DNA of 64,000 bases from Neocallimastix sp. 'constans' (lineage: Eukaryota): assembly GCA_050613775.1 (NCBI GenBank), contig JBODTK010000015.1, positions 1,302,001 to 1,366,000 on the forward strand, read 5' to 3'. Below the pieces are notes generated by a model. The model saw only the letters and a program-made list of their open reading frames with translations, was not told the origin of the DNA and ran no database searches. This document shows positions 1 to 14,173 of the stretch, piece by piece; the stretch's first letter is position 1; each line of letters starts with the position of its first letter. Both the position numbers and the translations under genes were made by a program.

Positions 1-942
1 TTTTTTGATATTGAAATAGTTTTTATTTAAACTTAATACTATTCTTATATTAATTAAATTATTTAATTTATCTTAATAATAATAATAAATATAATAAATA
101 AATAAGGAAAAAAAAAATTAAATAAAAAATTAAAAAAAAAAAAAAAGAAATAAAAATTATATAATATAAATAAATGAAATAAAATAAAGCAGTAAAAAAA
201 AAAAATTAAAAAATAAAATTTATTAAAAAATAATAATTAGAAATAACTTTTATAAAAAAAAAATAAGGTTGATTAAAAATATAAATATTATTGAATAAAA
301 TTTATTATAAATGTGCAAAAAATAACTAAGAATAAAAATATTTTATAATATAAATAGAATTAATATAAAAATACTTTTCGATATAAAATATATTTTTTTT
401 CATATGGATTATTGAATTCTATAAAAAAAAAGTATATATATATATGATAATGATGTTAAAAACCATATATATATATATAGGATGATGATCCATATAAATA
501 TATATGTATATTTAGTATAAAGAACTGAATTCAAAAAAATAAAAAGCTAATTTTTTAATTCTATATTTTATTTAAAATATTATTTTTAATAGTTAATCAT
601 AGATTATAAATTATTAAATTTTATAAAAATAAAGATGCCAAATTCATATATATTTTAAAAGTTTAATTTTTATTAATGTATAATAAATATACTTTATTAT
701 ATATATATATATTCTATTTCATTTTTATTTTATTTAAACCAGAACGAAAATGCCCTTTCGATATTTAATAATTTATGAAATTAAATAAATTAATAACGTT
801 TTATTTAATAAATTATATGAGAGGTTAAAAATTTGAATTTGAAAAAAATAAATAATGATATATTTAATTAATAATAATATTATAATTTTAATATTATAAT
901 ATTATATTTAAAGCTTTCAAAAGAAAAAAAAAAAAAAAAAAA

Positions 943-943
<1 letters not shown>

Positions 944-1008
<65 letters not shown>

Positions 1009-1050
1009 TATAATAATAATAATAATAGTAATAATAATGATAATAATAAT
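944..1050. repeat. (AAT)n microsatellite
   Basis: Directly visible trinucleotide run. Confidence 0.95.
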
Positions 1051-1479
1051 ATATATATATAAATATATGATTGTAATATCTTTTAAAAATATTATTTTTT
1101 ATTTAAACCTTTTATTTATATTAAACTATTTTTTTATACAATATATTTTTATTAGAATTTTTTTTCCTGTCTATATTAAAAAAAAAAGTATTTATGTACC
1201 TATAATAAAGAATATGAGACAAAATCATATGTTTTAAAAGTTTAAATATATTATATTTAATATTTAGTACAGATTTTCACTTTTTTTCTGTTTAGTATAT
1301 ATATATATATATATTTAAAGTTTGTCATTCTTAATATAAAAAAAAGTTAAAACTACTTTTTTCTCCCTATATCCCATTTTATAAATATATATAATTTTTT
1401 AAACTTTAAACTTTTATACTTTTTTTTTTTTTAGCAATATTTTTGAAAATTTAGTTATAATCAATGATAACTCTTTTAA

Positions 1480-2224
<745 letters not shown>

Positions 2225-2434
2225 TTAATATTAATATTAATATTAATATTAATATTAATATATATATATATAGTTTTTATAATATTATAAACTATAAAAA
2301 TAAAACTAATAATAATTATAATTTTTAGTAATTAATAATTTTATTAAATTAAATACGTTATTATATGAATTGTTTTTCTTTTTTGAATAATTCAAATATT
2401 ATGATATTTAAATAAAAAATTTTCTAGTTAATTA

Positions 2435-2600
2435 TGCAGTGCTAAAAAATTCAGCTTCAGCAGTTGATAGTGCTATGGATTTTTTATTTTTCGAAGTCCA
2501 ATAAATTGGTATATTGATGAAACATTCTAAGTTTCTTGATGTAGTTTTATGATCTTATTTTTCATTTCCAAAATCAATATCAGAATAAGTAATAAAAACA
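2435..2600 (-). pseudogene. Decayed Ty1/Copia RNase H fragment
   Basis: Minus strand reads ITYSDIDFGNEK*DHKTTSRNLECFINIPIYWTSKNKKSIALSTAEAEF, matching the Copia RNase H pattern YSDADW..RKSTSG..PISWxSKKQ..VALSTAEAEY. Contains a stop. Confidence 0.85.
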
Positions 2601-2773
2601 CCAATTTGTATGTAATTTGGAATTAATGGTGTAATTTAAGCATTTAAAAATGTTAATAAATTTAATCCAGTCAGAGAATTGTAATTTAATTTTATTCTAA
2701 ACTTTATTCTTTCAATAATAATAATTAAATTATTTTTCCCTTTAAACTATAGATATTTCAAAGATATGAATCA

Positions 2774-2831
<58 letters not shown>

Positions 2832-3423
2832 ATTATTATTATTATTATTATAATTATTATTATTATAATTATTTTGTTTTGTTTTTGTTTTGCTTCATAA
2901 AAAAATAATAATAATAAAATAATGATCAATTATTTATAGGAATAAAATTATTATTGTCTACTTATTTTTTATTTTTATTATTATTATTTTTTAGTCTTTT
3001 TATAATCCTTCTACAAAATTTTTTGTATTTATTTAAAAGCATTAAACCGCTATAAGAATGTTATTTTATATTATGATTATACTATATTTAAATGAATAGG
3101 AAAAAAAATAAAGGTAAATTCCTTATTTTAACTTCCAAATGAAATAAAAAGGTCATTAATGAAATCTAATGATTTCGGTCAAATAATAATAGAAAAAGTG
3201 GAATAATCGAATACCCAGTAGTTAACTGATTCTGATTAATTACTTTTACCTCAACAATTTTTTTTTTTTAATCCTTCCATAAAATTTTTATTATTCATTT
3301 AAAAAACATTTGTCATTTTTAGTAATATTATTTTATTTCATTTTTTTTTTTAGACTTGGAATAAATTTTATTTTTATTATAAATAATATTTATAATATAT
3401 ATATATGAAAATAAAATACATGA

Positions 3424-4620
3424 TTTTTTTTTTAGACTGGTATTAACAAGAGGAGAGGACAATAGAGCCTCCAGTCTCTTCCTTAAACGAATCAGACTCT
3501 TTGACATACCGTTTCGGCGTCGACACGAGCATCCCTCTAAGTAAGGTTAATAATATAAAAGACATTTCATATACGCAGCTTTTATAAGACATGCTTCTTT
3601 TCAGTTATCTCTTAAGTCATCATTGTGGGAGGAACAACGACACTAATCTTTTCTCAAATCAAATGCACTCTACACTAACAATTATATTGGACCTGCTAGC
3701 CTGTCTTGCTGCATTTTCAGCATTGACGTTCCTGGTTAGTTTGCGCTTAATACCGTCAGAATAACAATCTTTGTCCAGTACTAGCCTTATGCATAATTTC
3801 TGTAAAGAGAGCTGTGGATCACACCAAGAATAGAGTTTTAGAATAATCATCAGAGATGATTTGGTTATTAAACAAAACTTCTCATTCCTTTTTATAATTT
3901 AAATCAATTATGTCTGCACCTCTTCCATCAAGAAGGAAGTTATATAATTGGTATCATGTCACATATATATTTACACACTCATTATTCAGAAAATTACTAA
4001 TATTAACAAGATTTTCACCAATTGATCAATTCTCCTCATTATTAGTAACGATACAATTATTTTCACTATCACTAATATTAATATTCAAATTTTCACTATC
4101 AATACCATTACTATTATTAACAACACTATTGCTATTGTTATAATTATTATTATTAATATCATACACTTCATTACTACTATCACAATATAGAATCAGTATT
4201 TGATTCTATATTATTCAAATTTGTGACAATAATGTTTACATCATTATTATTTGATATTGGACAATATTTGGTAATTACAAAATATTTTTCAAAAAAAAAT
4301 TTTAATATCCATAAAATATTTCATTCGAAATTCACTGAAAAGATAGTATTTAACAAGCCAACATTCCAATCGAGGATTACTATTTTTTCTATAACAGCAA
4401 GAACACCAATCATATTGGCGGCTTTGGCAACATGAGTATCGAATTTATATCCACATCTGGCACAAAATACCCATCGGAAGCCAATGATATATTCAGGATA
4501 TTTAAATTTGAGTTTTAATTAGTCTCTCCTTTTTTCAAATTTATTTTTCTTATACGCCTTAGCCTCGATTGATTTTTCCTACCATATCTCTATCCTAGAT
4601 AAATGATAAATGATTTATCA
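3424..4620 (-). mobile_element. 5'-truncated non-LTR retrotransposon (LINE) 3' fragment, type A, with poly(A) tail
   Basis: Poly-T at 3424-3433. Minus strand encodes a degenerate ORF2 C-terminus (GFRWVFCARCG...AKAANMI / CSCCYRKNSNPRLECWL, a decayed CCHC knuckle). The 3' end is homologous to 31620-31926. Confidence 0.75.
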
Positions 4621-4693
4621 TATACAATCAGAGAAAAATTAATAAAAACTTCATCAACAAATGTAATAAATTGTTTCTTAAATTCTTAACTTC

Positions 4694-7600
4694 TTTTTTT
4701 TTTTTTTTTTAGACTAGGAAGAGAATACACTTCCAGTGATTTACTAAATAAATTAAAATATTTTTATGTATTACATTTTTTAAAAAATACATTATATAAT
4801 TAAAAGATAAAAAAAGGAAAATGTATGTAAAAGGTTAAGTAAAACAAAAAAAATTAAACATAAACAAATTTTAATAAATTATAGAAAATTTAATATAATA
4901 AAGAATAAAAATAAGTTCAAAAGTTAAAAAAATTTCGGTGTGATGTATACTATGTGAAGTAACATGATCACCAGTTAAATCTAAAATAATAAAACATAGA
5001 AGCAACATCTTTAAAATAAATAGTGTAGTATCCACTAAGCTCTCCCCTGAACCACAAGAAAGATCATCAAAAGTTGAATTATTTACTAAGGGTTCTGTGT
5101 TTGGAACTGTTAATTTGTGCTGTTAATAAATGTGTATTGATGAGAATTAACAGGACTTCTAACTGCACTATTTCTTTGCCATATCGGTACGACGTCGGCA
5201 CTCTTGGTAATGAAAGTGTTTTTGCTAAACCTCTCAAAAAAGTAACTTAAGAGAGCTACTTACTGATGATCGGTATTATATTATCAAGATATTCTGCAAG
5301 CCCCACAATATACGAAACAATCGAACCCTGTGAACTTTTTAGGAGTTTTTCACTTAGATGTCTCTGTTCCCCAGTATCGAGTTGTAGCACATCTAAAGCT
5401 GAAATACCACCAAGAAGGAATATATAAACCTGTTTATGAAATTTTCATATTCTAAACTATTAGAATAAGAAGGAAGTAAAGAAAGATTCCTTACTTTATT
5501 GGCAAATAAAATGAATAAAACATTGATAAAATCTAAAGATTTACATCGACATAGAGAAAAGGTAGAGCATTCAAATATCCAATGGATAAAAGATTGATCA
5601 CCTTTTCCACAGCAAGGGCAGAATTTAGGACAATCGTCAGAAACTTTTAATTGAATTAGTGGTATTATATTTGTAATTAGCTCTTAATCTTAAGTTTAAA
5701 TTAAAACCTAAACTTAAATGAGAGTAGTCAAGGCTGAGCTTGAATAAATTTTTAGTATTTATAAATTTGAAGTTATCGTAATTAGTACCTTTAATTCCTT
5801 GGAATTTACTATTATCAGGCCAATATGATTCAATAACATCTTTGAATTTAGTGATATTCTTTTTCTTAATTTTCCTGTAGAGTACCAGTGTTTTTTTTGA
5901 CCAAGAAAAACGTGGTATGGAAAGGATATGGTTTATGAGATCCTGACCAGATTTAGATTTAACAAGATGAAGAGTAAAAGCTGAATATGTAGGTTAAGAG
6001 ATCTTCTTGAAACCACGCCAACCACAACTATAGTCATTGTTTATAAAATAGTTACTAATTTTGAAAATATTTACTTTATAACAATTTGAACGTAAGGTAC
6101 TTTTAAGCTTTTTTCAAAGCTTTGCATAATTTACAATACTGAATGAATTGATCTAAATAAACATCCACTGAAGGGCAATCTGAGAAAGGTTTAATTTTTT
6201 TTTTCGTATGCTAAATATCTGGCAATTGAAATCTTCTTTACATACTCTGGACAGCGGAAAGAAGGGCCTTTAAATATGGAGGGGAATAAAATCTTTAATT
6301 TCTTTACCGACACTAATTGAAGTACTAATAAATTCTTTAACCATATCATCTGTTGATGTTTCATTAAATATGAATTCAAGATTATTTGCTAAAACAGAAA
6401 AATAATTATGAGATAGTATATTTATATTCTGAGTATTACAAATATGTTTAGACCATTTAAAAGTTTTCTTAGGTTTATTAAAACCATCTGAAAGATTCTT
6501 ATTGCAAGATAAGAAGATAGGATAATGATTAGAAATATCATTTGCAAAAGAACAAGCAAAAGATAAATGTACATGAGAAATCATAGCTTTTATTATAGAT
6601 ATTATGGTCGATGCAAGAAGATTTAGAACGTTTAGAATAAGTAATACTATTTCCAGTAATATTAGCAACAGTCCAGTCAGGGAAATTTTTGATAATATAC
6701 TTCTTAAATTTTTCGAAGGGCATATTAAAATCACCTAAAAGAACAACAGGTGAGTTTTCCTTATTATGACCATTTTTCCATTTCAGAGAAAGCATTTAAA
6801 CGAGCTTCAGGCAATCTATATTGAGGAAAGTAGATATTGCCAATAGAACATTTTATGATTCCAAAATGACGTCAGACTAACTGATATAATGTAAATTGTA
6901 GTCGGCATTTTCAGCAGTATAAGAACAAGAATTATGAACACCCATATACAAACCTCTCATTCCAGAGATTTTGGAATTAGCACGAAGACAAACAAAATTG
7001 TAACCAAAAATAGAAGGAGAGTTCCCTTTAGAGAGAAACTTACTATTACCAGTTTCCTGAAGACATATACATATAGATTTAAATACTGAATGTGAATACA
7101 TAACACCATCTCTCTTTTCAGAATTCCAACCATTTATATTCCAGCTAGAGCATAAATTGAAGAAAAAAGAGCTAAAATAAAGATGAATAGAAATCTCTGG
7201 GAATACCTAAAAAAGGATTTAATTTTTCTCCTGATTTTTTTAGTTTTTTTAACTTAATTATAATTGGATTTGCGGTCAATAGAATTTGAATAACCTTTAC
7301 ATTCTTTATAGTTAATTTTAACAGAGGAATGAAGACAATGGTCTTCATCAATTAACAAATAATAGAATTGTTTAAAGGTATTACTATTGAGAGTATTTAC
7401 TTTAATAATAACAAAAGAACCATATATTGGTGAAAATTTCTAACTATTGAAAAAATGATATTACAAAAAAAACTAGATAAATTACTAATACAATTGTAAA
7501 GTTTTTTTACTAACAAATTTTTGAGTTTATGAATGAATATCATGTAAGATTCGTTGAATACACATCCACAATGGTGAAAGTTTGAATAATAAAGAGTCGA

Positions 7601-7700
7601 ATTCATAGTACACAATTATTGTAAGATATTTAAAATAATAATATTGTAAAATTTAAAGTTTAAATTTGTGATAATTATAAATTAAAAATAAGTTGAGTAA
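4694..7700 (-). mobile_element. Degenerate LINE (APE endonuclease plus C-terminal CCHC; RT domain not seen), type B
   Basis: APE motifs SSWNINGW, ICLQETG, VLLGDFN, SCIDH and SNHYPI at 6500-7150. Zinc knuckle CPCCGKGDQSFIHWIFEC near 5570-5625. Poly-T at 4694-4710. Many frameshifts and stops. The 5' boundary is approximate. Confidence 0.85.
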
Positions 7701-7732
7701 TTAGATAATTATAGGTAAGTTTGTACTTCATA

Positions 7733-8580
7733 TTTTTTTTTTTTTTTGTATAACATAACATTGTAGTATGACTATTGTTGAGAATAATAAATTAAAACTT
7801 GTAGTAGGACTAATGTATTAAACTGGAAATATTTTAAATCAAGAATTCATATAAAGTAAAAGAATAAAGATAATAAAATATTAATATGATAATCACTAAA
7901 GTAGAAAAAAGAAAAGATAAGTACTATCTGAAAGAAACTATGGTCTTCACCTTCAGAGGCAAATGATTTGTTTATTAAACAAAACATCCTATTCCTTTTT
8001 ATAATTAAGTCAATGTCTCCATCCCTACCACCAAGAAGAAAGTTATATAATCGATACCACGTCACATATATATTTACACACTTATTAATTAAAAATTTTT
8101 TTTTTTTTTTTTTTTTAAACTAGGAAGAGAATACACTTCCATAAATTTATTAATTTATTATAAAAAAAATACACGATAGTAAAAAACACATTTGAAATTA
8201 AAAATAAATATAAAAGTTAAAAAAAATAAAAAATAAAAAAGCTCAAAATACCAACTATTATGTAGGAATTCTCATTATTTAGAAAATTACTTAAATTAAA
8301 ACGATTTTCACCAATTCACTACATTATTCGAAACAATACTATTATTTTCATTATTACTAATATTAATATTCCTACTTCCACTATAATTAATTCTACTATT
8401 ATTATCAATATTATTTCTATTGTTATCATTAATAATATTATAAACTTCGTTACTACTATCAGAATCTGTACTTGATTCTATGTTATTTATATTCGTGATA
8501 ATAGTGTTTATATTACCATTTGATATTGGCCAATATTTAGAAATAATAAAAAATTTTTCATAAAGAATTTCAATACTTCA
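7733..8580 (-). mobile_element. Type-A-like LINE 3' fragment interrupted by a short type-B 3' end (8096-8270)
   Basis: 7972-8090 and 8270-8570 are homologous to the contiguous stretch 3865-4300. The interrupting piece begins poly-T plus ACTAGGAAGAGAATACACTTCC, identical to 4713-4734. Confidence 0.7.
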
Positions 8581-8662
8581 ATTATTTCAAATTAAAAATA
8601 TACAGTATCTGTGTAATAATCATACTACTTTAAAAATTAAACTTCGATTATATTTTCATTTT

Positions 8663-8693
<31 letters not shown>

Positions 8694-9236
8694 TGTACTA
8701 TGAATTATTAAATCCATTACAAACTTTTTTTTTATATTATTTTATTATTACTGTAATATAAATGAAAATTATAATTCATCTTAATTTCCTGTATTATTTT
8801 TAACCTTTTTTTTTTTAATAAAAACACTTTAATTAAAAACATACACATTTCTTTATCTCTCTTTTTTTTTTTTTTTTTAATTTTCCCCATTTTTAATAAG
8901 AACGTTTATAGATTACGCAATTTTGAAACTTTTCTATTAAATAATTTTATTTGGTATATTAATATTCATAAAAAATTTTAAAATAATAGTAAAACTAAAC
9001 TTGATAATCTTTTTTTAAATAAAAAAAAACTGATATTTAATAAAATTATTTTAAATAAGTTTCTTTTTTGTTTTTGCTTTTTTTTCTTGTTTATATATAT
9101 ATAAAATTACTCCTTCATGAATAATTCAAAATATAATATATCTTTTTTATATATCTTTTTTATTTTATTGGTATTTTAATGTAACTACAAAATTTGTTTT
9201 TTCTTTTGTATATATTTCTAATATTATTGTTCAAAT

Positions 9237-10481
9237 TTATTTGTTTAAGACAATACCATCGAACTTTAATAATATATTTAATATTAGAGAGTAATAATGT
9301 ATTAATAAAAATTATAAAAATAAATAAAAATTATTCATAAAAAATATATAGTATATTTAATATTATAGAGTTATAATATATTAATAAATAAAATATAAAA
9401 ATAAATAAAAATAATTCATAAAAAATATATATATAATAAAATATTTTTGTATAAAATATTGTTTTAGTATTGAGGTTTAATTCATATAATAAATTAATAA
9501 AATATTATTTTTATAAAATAATGTTTTTGTCTTATTGATTAAATATTTAAATATATAATAACTTACTCTCTTCTTGAACCAGTTAATGGTTTCTTCCTTA
9601 GTGTTACGGTGTGGGAAACCAACCTTAGCAGATTGTTGCTTTCTTCTAGCAACTCTGAAACCTGGTCTACCCATAACAACGTAGAAGTCCATACCGTAAA
9701 TACCAATACTTGGATCATACTTAATACCTAAATCAATGTGTTCTTGAATACCGAAACCAAAGTTACCGGTTGTGGAGAAGTTAGATCTTTTTAATTCGTA
9801 TTCCTTAACCTTTAATCCTCTGTCAAGAATTTCTTCAGCCTTTGGACCACGAACAGTACAGTGAACAGCAATCTTTTCATTACGTCTAATACCGAAAGTA
9901 CGGACAGTGTAACGAGCCTTGGACATAACTGGAACTTGACCAGTTAATTGTTCTAAAACCTTGGATGCACGAGTAAGTCTATCACCAGATTCACCAACAG
10001 AAATGTTGAGGCAAAGTTTTTCTAACTTAAGTTCCCTCATTGGATTAGTCTTAGTTTCGGCTGCCTTAATTTTTTATATTACAATACATTAATTGTTAAA
10101 AAAATATTAATATCTCTTTATTTCATTTCGTCGACGCCTTACATATAAATTTTATATCATTAATTCAATCTTTTTTCTTTTTTTATTTAATTTAATCTTC
10201 TCTTATAAAGTGAAAATAATACACACATTAATTCAATATGAATTAATTACACCTTTCCATCTTCTTTATAAAATCCCTATCATCACTAATCCTTATATTT
10301 TCAATTAATTACTTTACTGTATTAATACTTCTCATCAACTTGTATAATCAAACCTTAATGTTTACAACCCCTTTCTTTATTTATATATAAACGCATCGAC
10401 ACTTTTTAAATGACTTAATTTTAATAAACAATTTAAAATATACATTTTTCCATCCATCATTCATTCATAAACATTTACCAT
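9237..10481 (-). CDS. RPL11: 60S ribosomal protein L11 (uL5); exons 10481-10479, 10064-9567, 9263-9237
   Basis: Near-canonical sequence [34 protein letters not shown]...[28 protein letters not shown] introns give an ATG-only first exon and the C-terminus [10 protein letters not shown]. Confidence 0.97.
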
Positions 10482-10562
10482 TTTGACCTAAATATACACA
10501 AATTTTAAGAGAAAGAATTCTAAAATTTATAAAATTTTGTTATTTTTGAATTTGATTATGTT

Positions 10563-10590
10563 ATTGGATGAGTGGCTAATATTAGCCAAT
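10563..10590. promoter_or_regulatory. Candidate RPL11 promoter element: two oppositely oriented CCAAT boxes and a 16-bp palindrome TGGCTAATATTAGCCA
   Basis: ATTGG at 10563-10567, CCAAT at 10586-10590 and a perfect palindrome at 10573-10588, all ~80-110 bp upstream of the ATG. Confidence 0.4.
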
Positions 10591-12317
10591 CATATTTAAA
10601 TTAAAATTTTATTTATAAATATGAAAATTTTCAAATTTTCTTGATTTTTATATTTTCAACTTTTGTTTGATATTTAAAATAGTTTTAAAGTTTTATATTG
10701 CATAAAAAATATTTATTTGTGGAAGGTTGTTAAGGTTTTTAAATTTTTGATGAGTAATAGTTTAGTTGAAATTTATTTTATTTTAAAGGGAATTTTGGAT
10801 GAGAAAGTTTATTAATATTATTAGTATGTATTTTATATTTACTTAATTTAAATGAAATAAATTTAGTCAATGATAATTAAAATATGGAATCAAAAATAAA
10901 TGTAACATATTTTTAAAATTATAGTATATCCAAATAAAAGAATAATAATTATTAAATAAGTTTTTTTTTTTTTTTTTAAAGCAGTAATAATAATTAAATA
11001 AATATTTTTATATTAATGATAACAATTAAATAATTATAAAAAAAAGGTAATTAAATGAAATCAAAATATTTCTTAAAATAAAAAAAAAAATATATATTTT
11101 TTGAAGATTTTTCCGTAAATTTTCATTATAACACATTTTCAATATTTTTAAGTTCTAAAGTAAAGATAAATATGTTACACATATTAATTGATTTTTTTTT
11201 ATATTGATATTTTTATTTTTATTTTTATTTTTATTTTTATTTTTATTATTCATATTTTTATTTTTGCCAAAAAAAATAAAAATGATATTTTAAAGATTAC
11301 CTTCTTTAAATACCTATTTTATGGTTTAAAATAAATTTATCCTGTATCTTAACATATTTATATTTATGTTCATACATGATATCTATAAGTTATAAACTTT
11401 AATTAATAACAAAATATGATTAAGCAAAATTGAATAAAATCTGAATTTATTATTAACAAAAATAATAATAATTAAAAAAAAAAAAAAATAATAGTAATAA
11501 GAATAAATAATAATAAAATATAAAAATATAATCATAAATTAAAAAATAATGATAAAATAATAATAAAAAAAATATAAAATAATAATAGAAAAATATAAAA
11601 TATAAAATAATAATAAATTAATATAATAAAATAATAAAAAATAAACAATATTAATATAATTAACAATGATAATAATTCTAAAATAAAATTATAAATAAAA
11701 TAAAAAATAATATTTATTTTATAATGATAATTATATTAAATATAATAAAAAATAATTATATTTATTTTATAAATAATGATAATTATAAATAAAATAAATA
11801 AATAATAATAGTATTTATAAAAAAATCGTATATTTAATAAATTTAAATCTGAAATCTTAATAAATAATGAATATAATATTTAAAATTTGCATTTCATATA
11901 TTAAATATCTATTAATTTTATATTGCTTTTAATTTATTATTAATATACGTTATATGAATTTAATTAATAAAGATATAGAATACTACTAATAAAAATGGAA
12001 GAACATTTTAATGTTATACAATTTATAGTGTACTTCAATATATTTGCATTGTTTTATTTATATTACACTTTAATATTAAGTTAGTCAATATTTTTCTATT
12101 TTATTTTATATTAAATATTTATATATTTAATATAAAATAAAATATAATGAAATATTATACACAAATAAAAATAAAAAGCTATAAAGACAGTTTTTTTATT
12201 TTTTATTGATTCTATATTAAAATTGATTAATTAATTTTGAATAATTAATTTATATAAAAGATAATATATAAATTAATTTTTATTAATCTCTTAGATAATA
12301 TATTTAATATTTATAAC

Positions 12318-12655
12318 TTATTTATTATTATTTATTATTTATTATTTATTATTCAACTATTTATTATTTATTATTTATTATTTATTATTTATTATTTATT
12401 ATTTAATATCTATTATGTATTATTTATTATTCAATTATTTATTATTTATTATTTATTATTTATTATTTATTATTTATTATTTATTATTTATTATTTATTA
12501 TTTATTATTTATTATTTATTATTTATTATTTATTATTTATTATTTATTATTCAATTATTTATTATTTATTATTTATTATTTATTATTTATTATTTATTAT
12601 TTATTATTTATTATTTATTTATTATTTATTATTTATTATTTATTATTTATTATTT
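12318..12655. repeat. (TTATTAT)n heptamer array
   Basis: Visible 7-bp periodicity. It produces the spurious YYLLFII ORF. Confidence 0.9.
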
Positions 12656-13347
12656 AATTAATAAATTATACAATACAAAATTTAATATAAAAATTATAAA
12701 TAATAAGATTTAAAAATTAAAAAAAAAAAAAAGAAAAAGAAATTTAATAAAATAAAATTTTACTTTGTATTTCAAAATTACAAAAAGATATATTTTTCTT
12801 TTGTAAAAACTTCTTTATTCTATCATTTATTCTTTTTCTTTTTCTTTTTTTTTTTTTTTTTTTTAATAAAAGTACTTATTATATTCTTACCTTTTATTAT
12901 TTTATCTTATTTATTTTATTTTATTTTATTATTTATCACTATATTTTCTTTGTTTCCAAAAATAGCAAAACAGATTATTATTGATTCATATTTATAATAA
13001 GATAAAGTATTAATTCAGTTATCATTAATACACATTTTTATTCGAGTTTTTCTAAAAAAATGATATATTTTAAACTATAGTTTTAATTTAATCTTCAAAT
13101 AATTAGTTGCTATTTAAATAATTATTATATATAATACAGTAATAATCAATAATCAATAGTTTATATTTAATAAAATTTATGTAATAATATAATACATAAT
13201 TTAATTTAAATATAATTTACTATCAAAATTTATAATAAACATCAAATTACTAAATCAGTAATGTAATTTATATTTTAAATTACAATAAAAAACGAAGCAA
13301 AAAAAAAAAAAATATTAAAGATATATAAAAATAATAATATTTGTAAA

Positions 13348-13393
<46 letters not shown>

Positions 13394-13759
13394 TAAACAA
13401 ATATCGAGAAACATAATAATAATTTAATGTAAAAATTAAAACATTTATTTTATAAAAATACAAATTTTATAAAAGTAATCAAATAAATTCAAACGTTGTA
13501 TATAGAATAATTTATCAAACTATATATGTAATAGGTAATAAAAATGTATATAATTATATTTTATAATGTATAACTAACTGTAATTATAATAGATTATTGA
13601 TTAATAATTAATACTAATTATATTCTTTTTATTATTATATAATTAATAAGAATTAATATAAAAATAATAATATATATAATTTACCAGAATAAATATAAGA
13701 TTAAAGTCAAAATTACGAAATAAAGGAGACTTTGATTTAATTTAAAAATAATATCAAAT

Positions 13760-13792
<33 letters not shown>

Positions 13793-13800
13793 GATAAATT

Positions 13801-13843
<43 letters not shown>

Positions 13844-14173
13844 AAAAATAAAAAGAAAATCAAAAATAAAATCAATAATAAAATAAAATAATAATAAAAA
13901 AAAAGGTAATAATAAAAAAGGTAATAAGCTTTTTTAAAAATTTAATAAGTAGGCAAAAACATTAAATAAAGAGTCTAAAATACAAAAGCAAATAAAGTAA
14001 TATATTGTAATATTATTTTATTAAATTTAAAATTTTATTATATATTTAAAATTTAATATTTGATTTATTTATATTAAATAAAAGAAAAATACATATATAA
14101 TAATAATATTAATAAAAAAAAAAAAAAAAAGAATTATATATAAATAAAATAAATTTGAATATAAAAAAAAAAA

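Noticed and set aside
4400..4470. CARCGYKFDTHVAKAANMIG looked like the TnpB/Fanzor zinc-finger and RuvC-III motif (CxxCG..DRDxNAAxNI)
   Set aside because: It lacks the catalytic D-x-N spacing, no RuvC-I/II motifs are nearby, and it sits just before a LINE-type CCHC knuckle, 3' UTR and poly(A). A LINE ORF2 C-terminus explains it better.
5262..5320. CTGATGA...CGAAA resembling a hammerhead ribozyme core
   Set aside because: No convincing flanking stems, and the opposite strand is LINE ORF2 coding sequence.
10200..10300. C/D-box snoRNA in RPL11 intron 1 (GTGATGA present on the transcribed strand)
   Set aside because: No downstream CTGA D box was seen. An H/ACA reading is possible but cannot be supported by eye in AT-rich DNA.
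12415..12657. YYLLFII-repeat ORF, and similar ORFs at 51950-52234, 57026-57352, 58004-58519 and 59383-59641
   Set aside because: They are translations of microsatellites, not genes.
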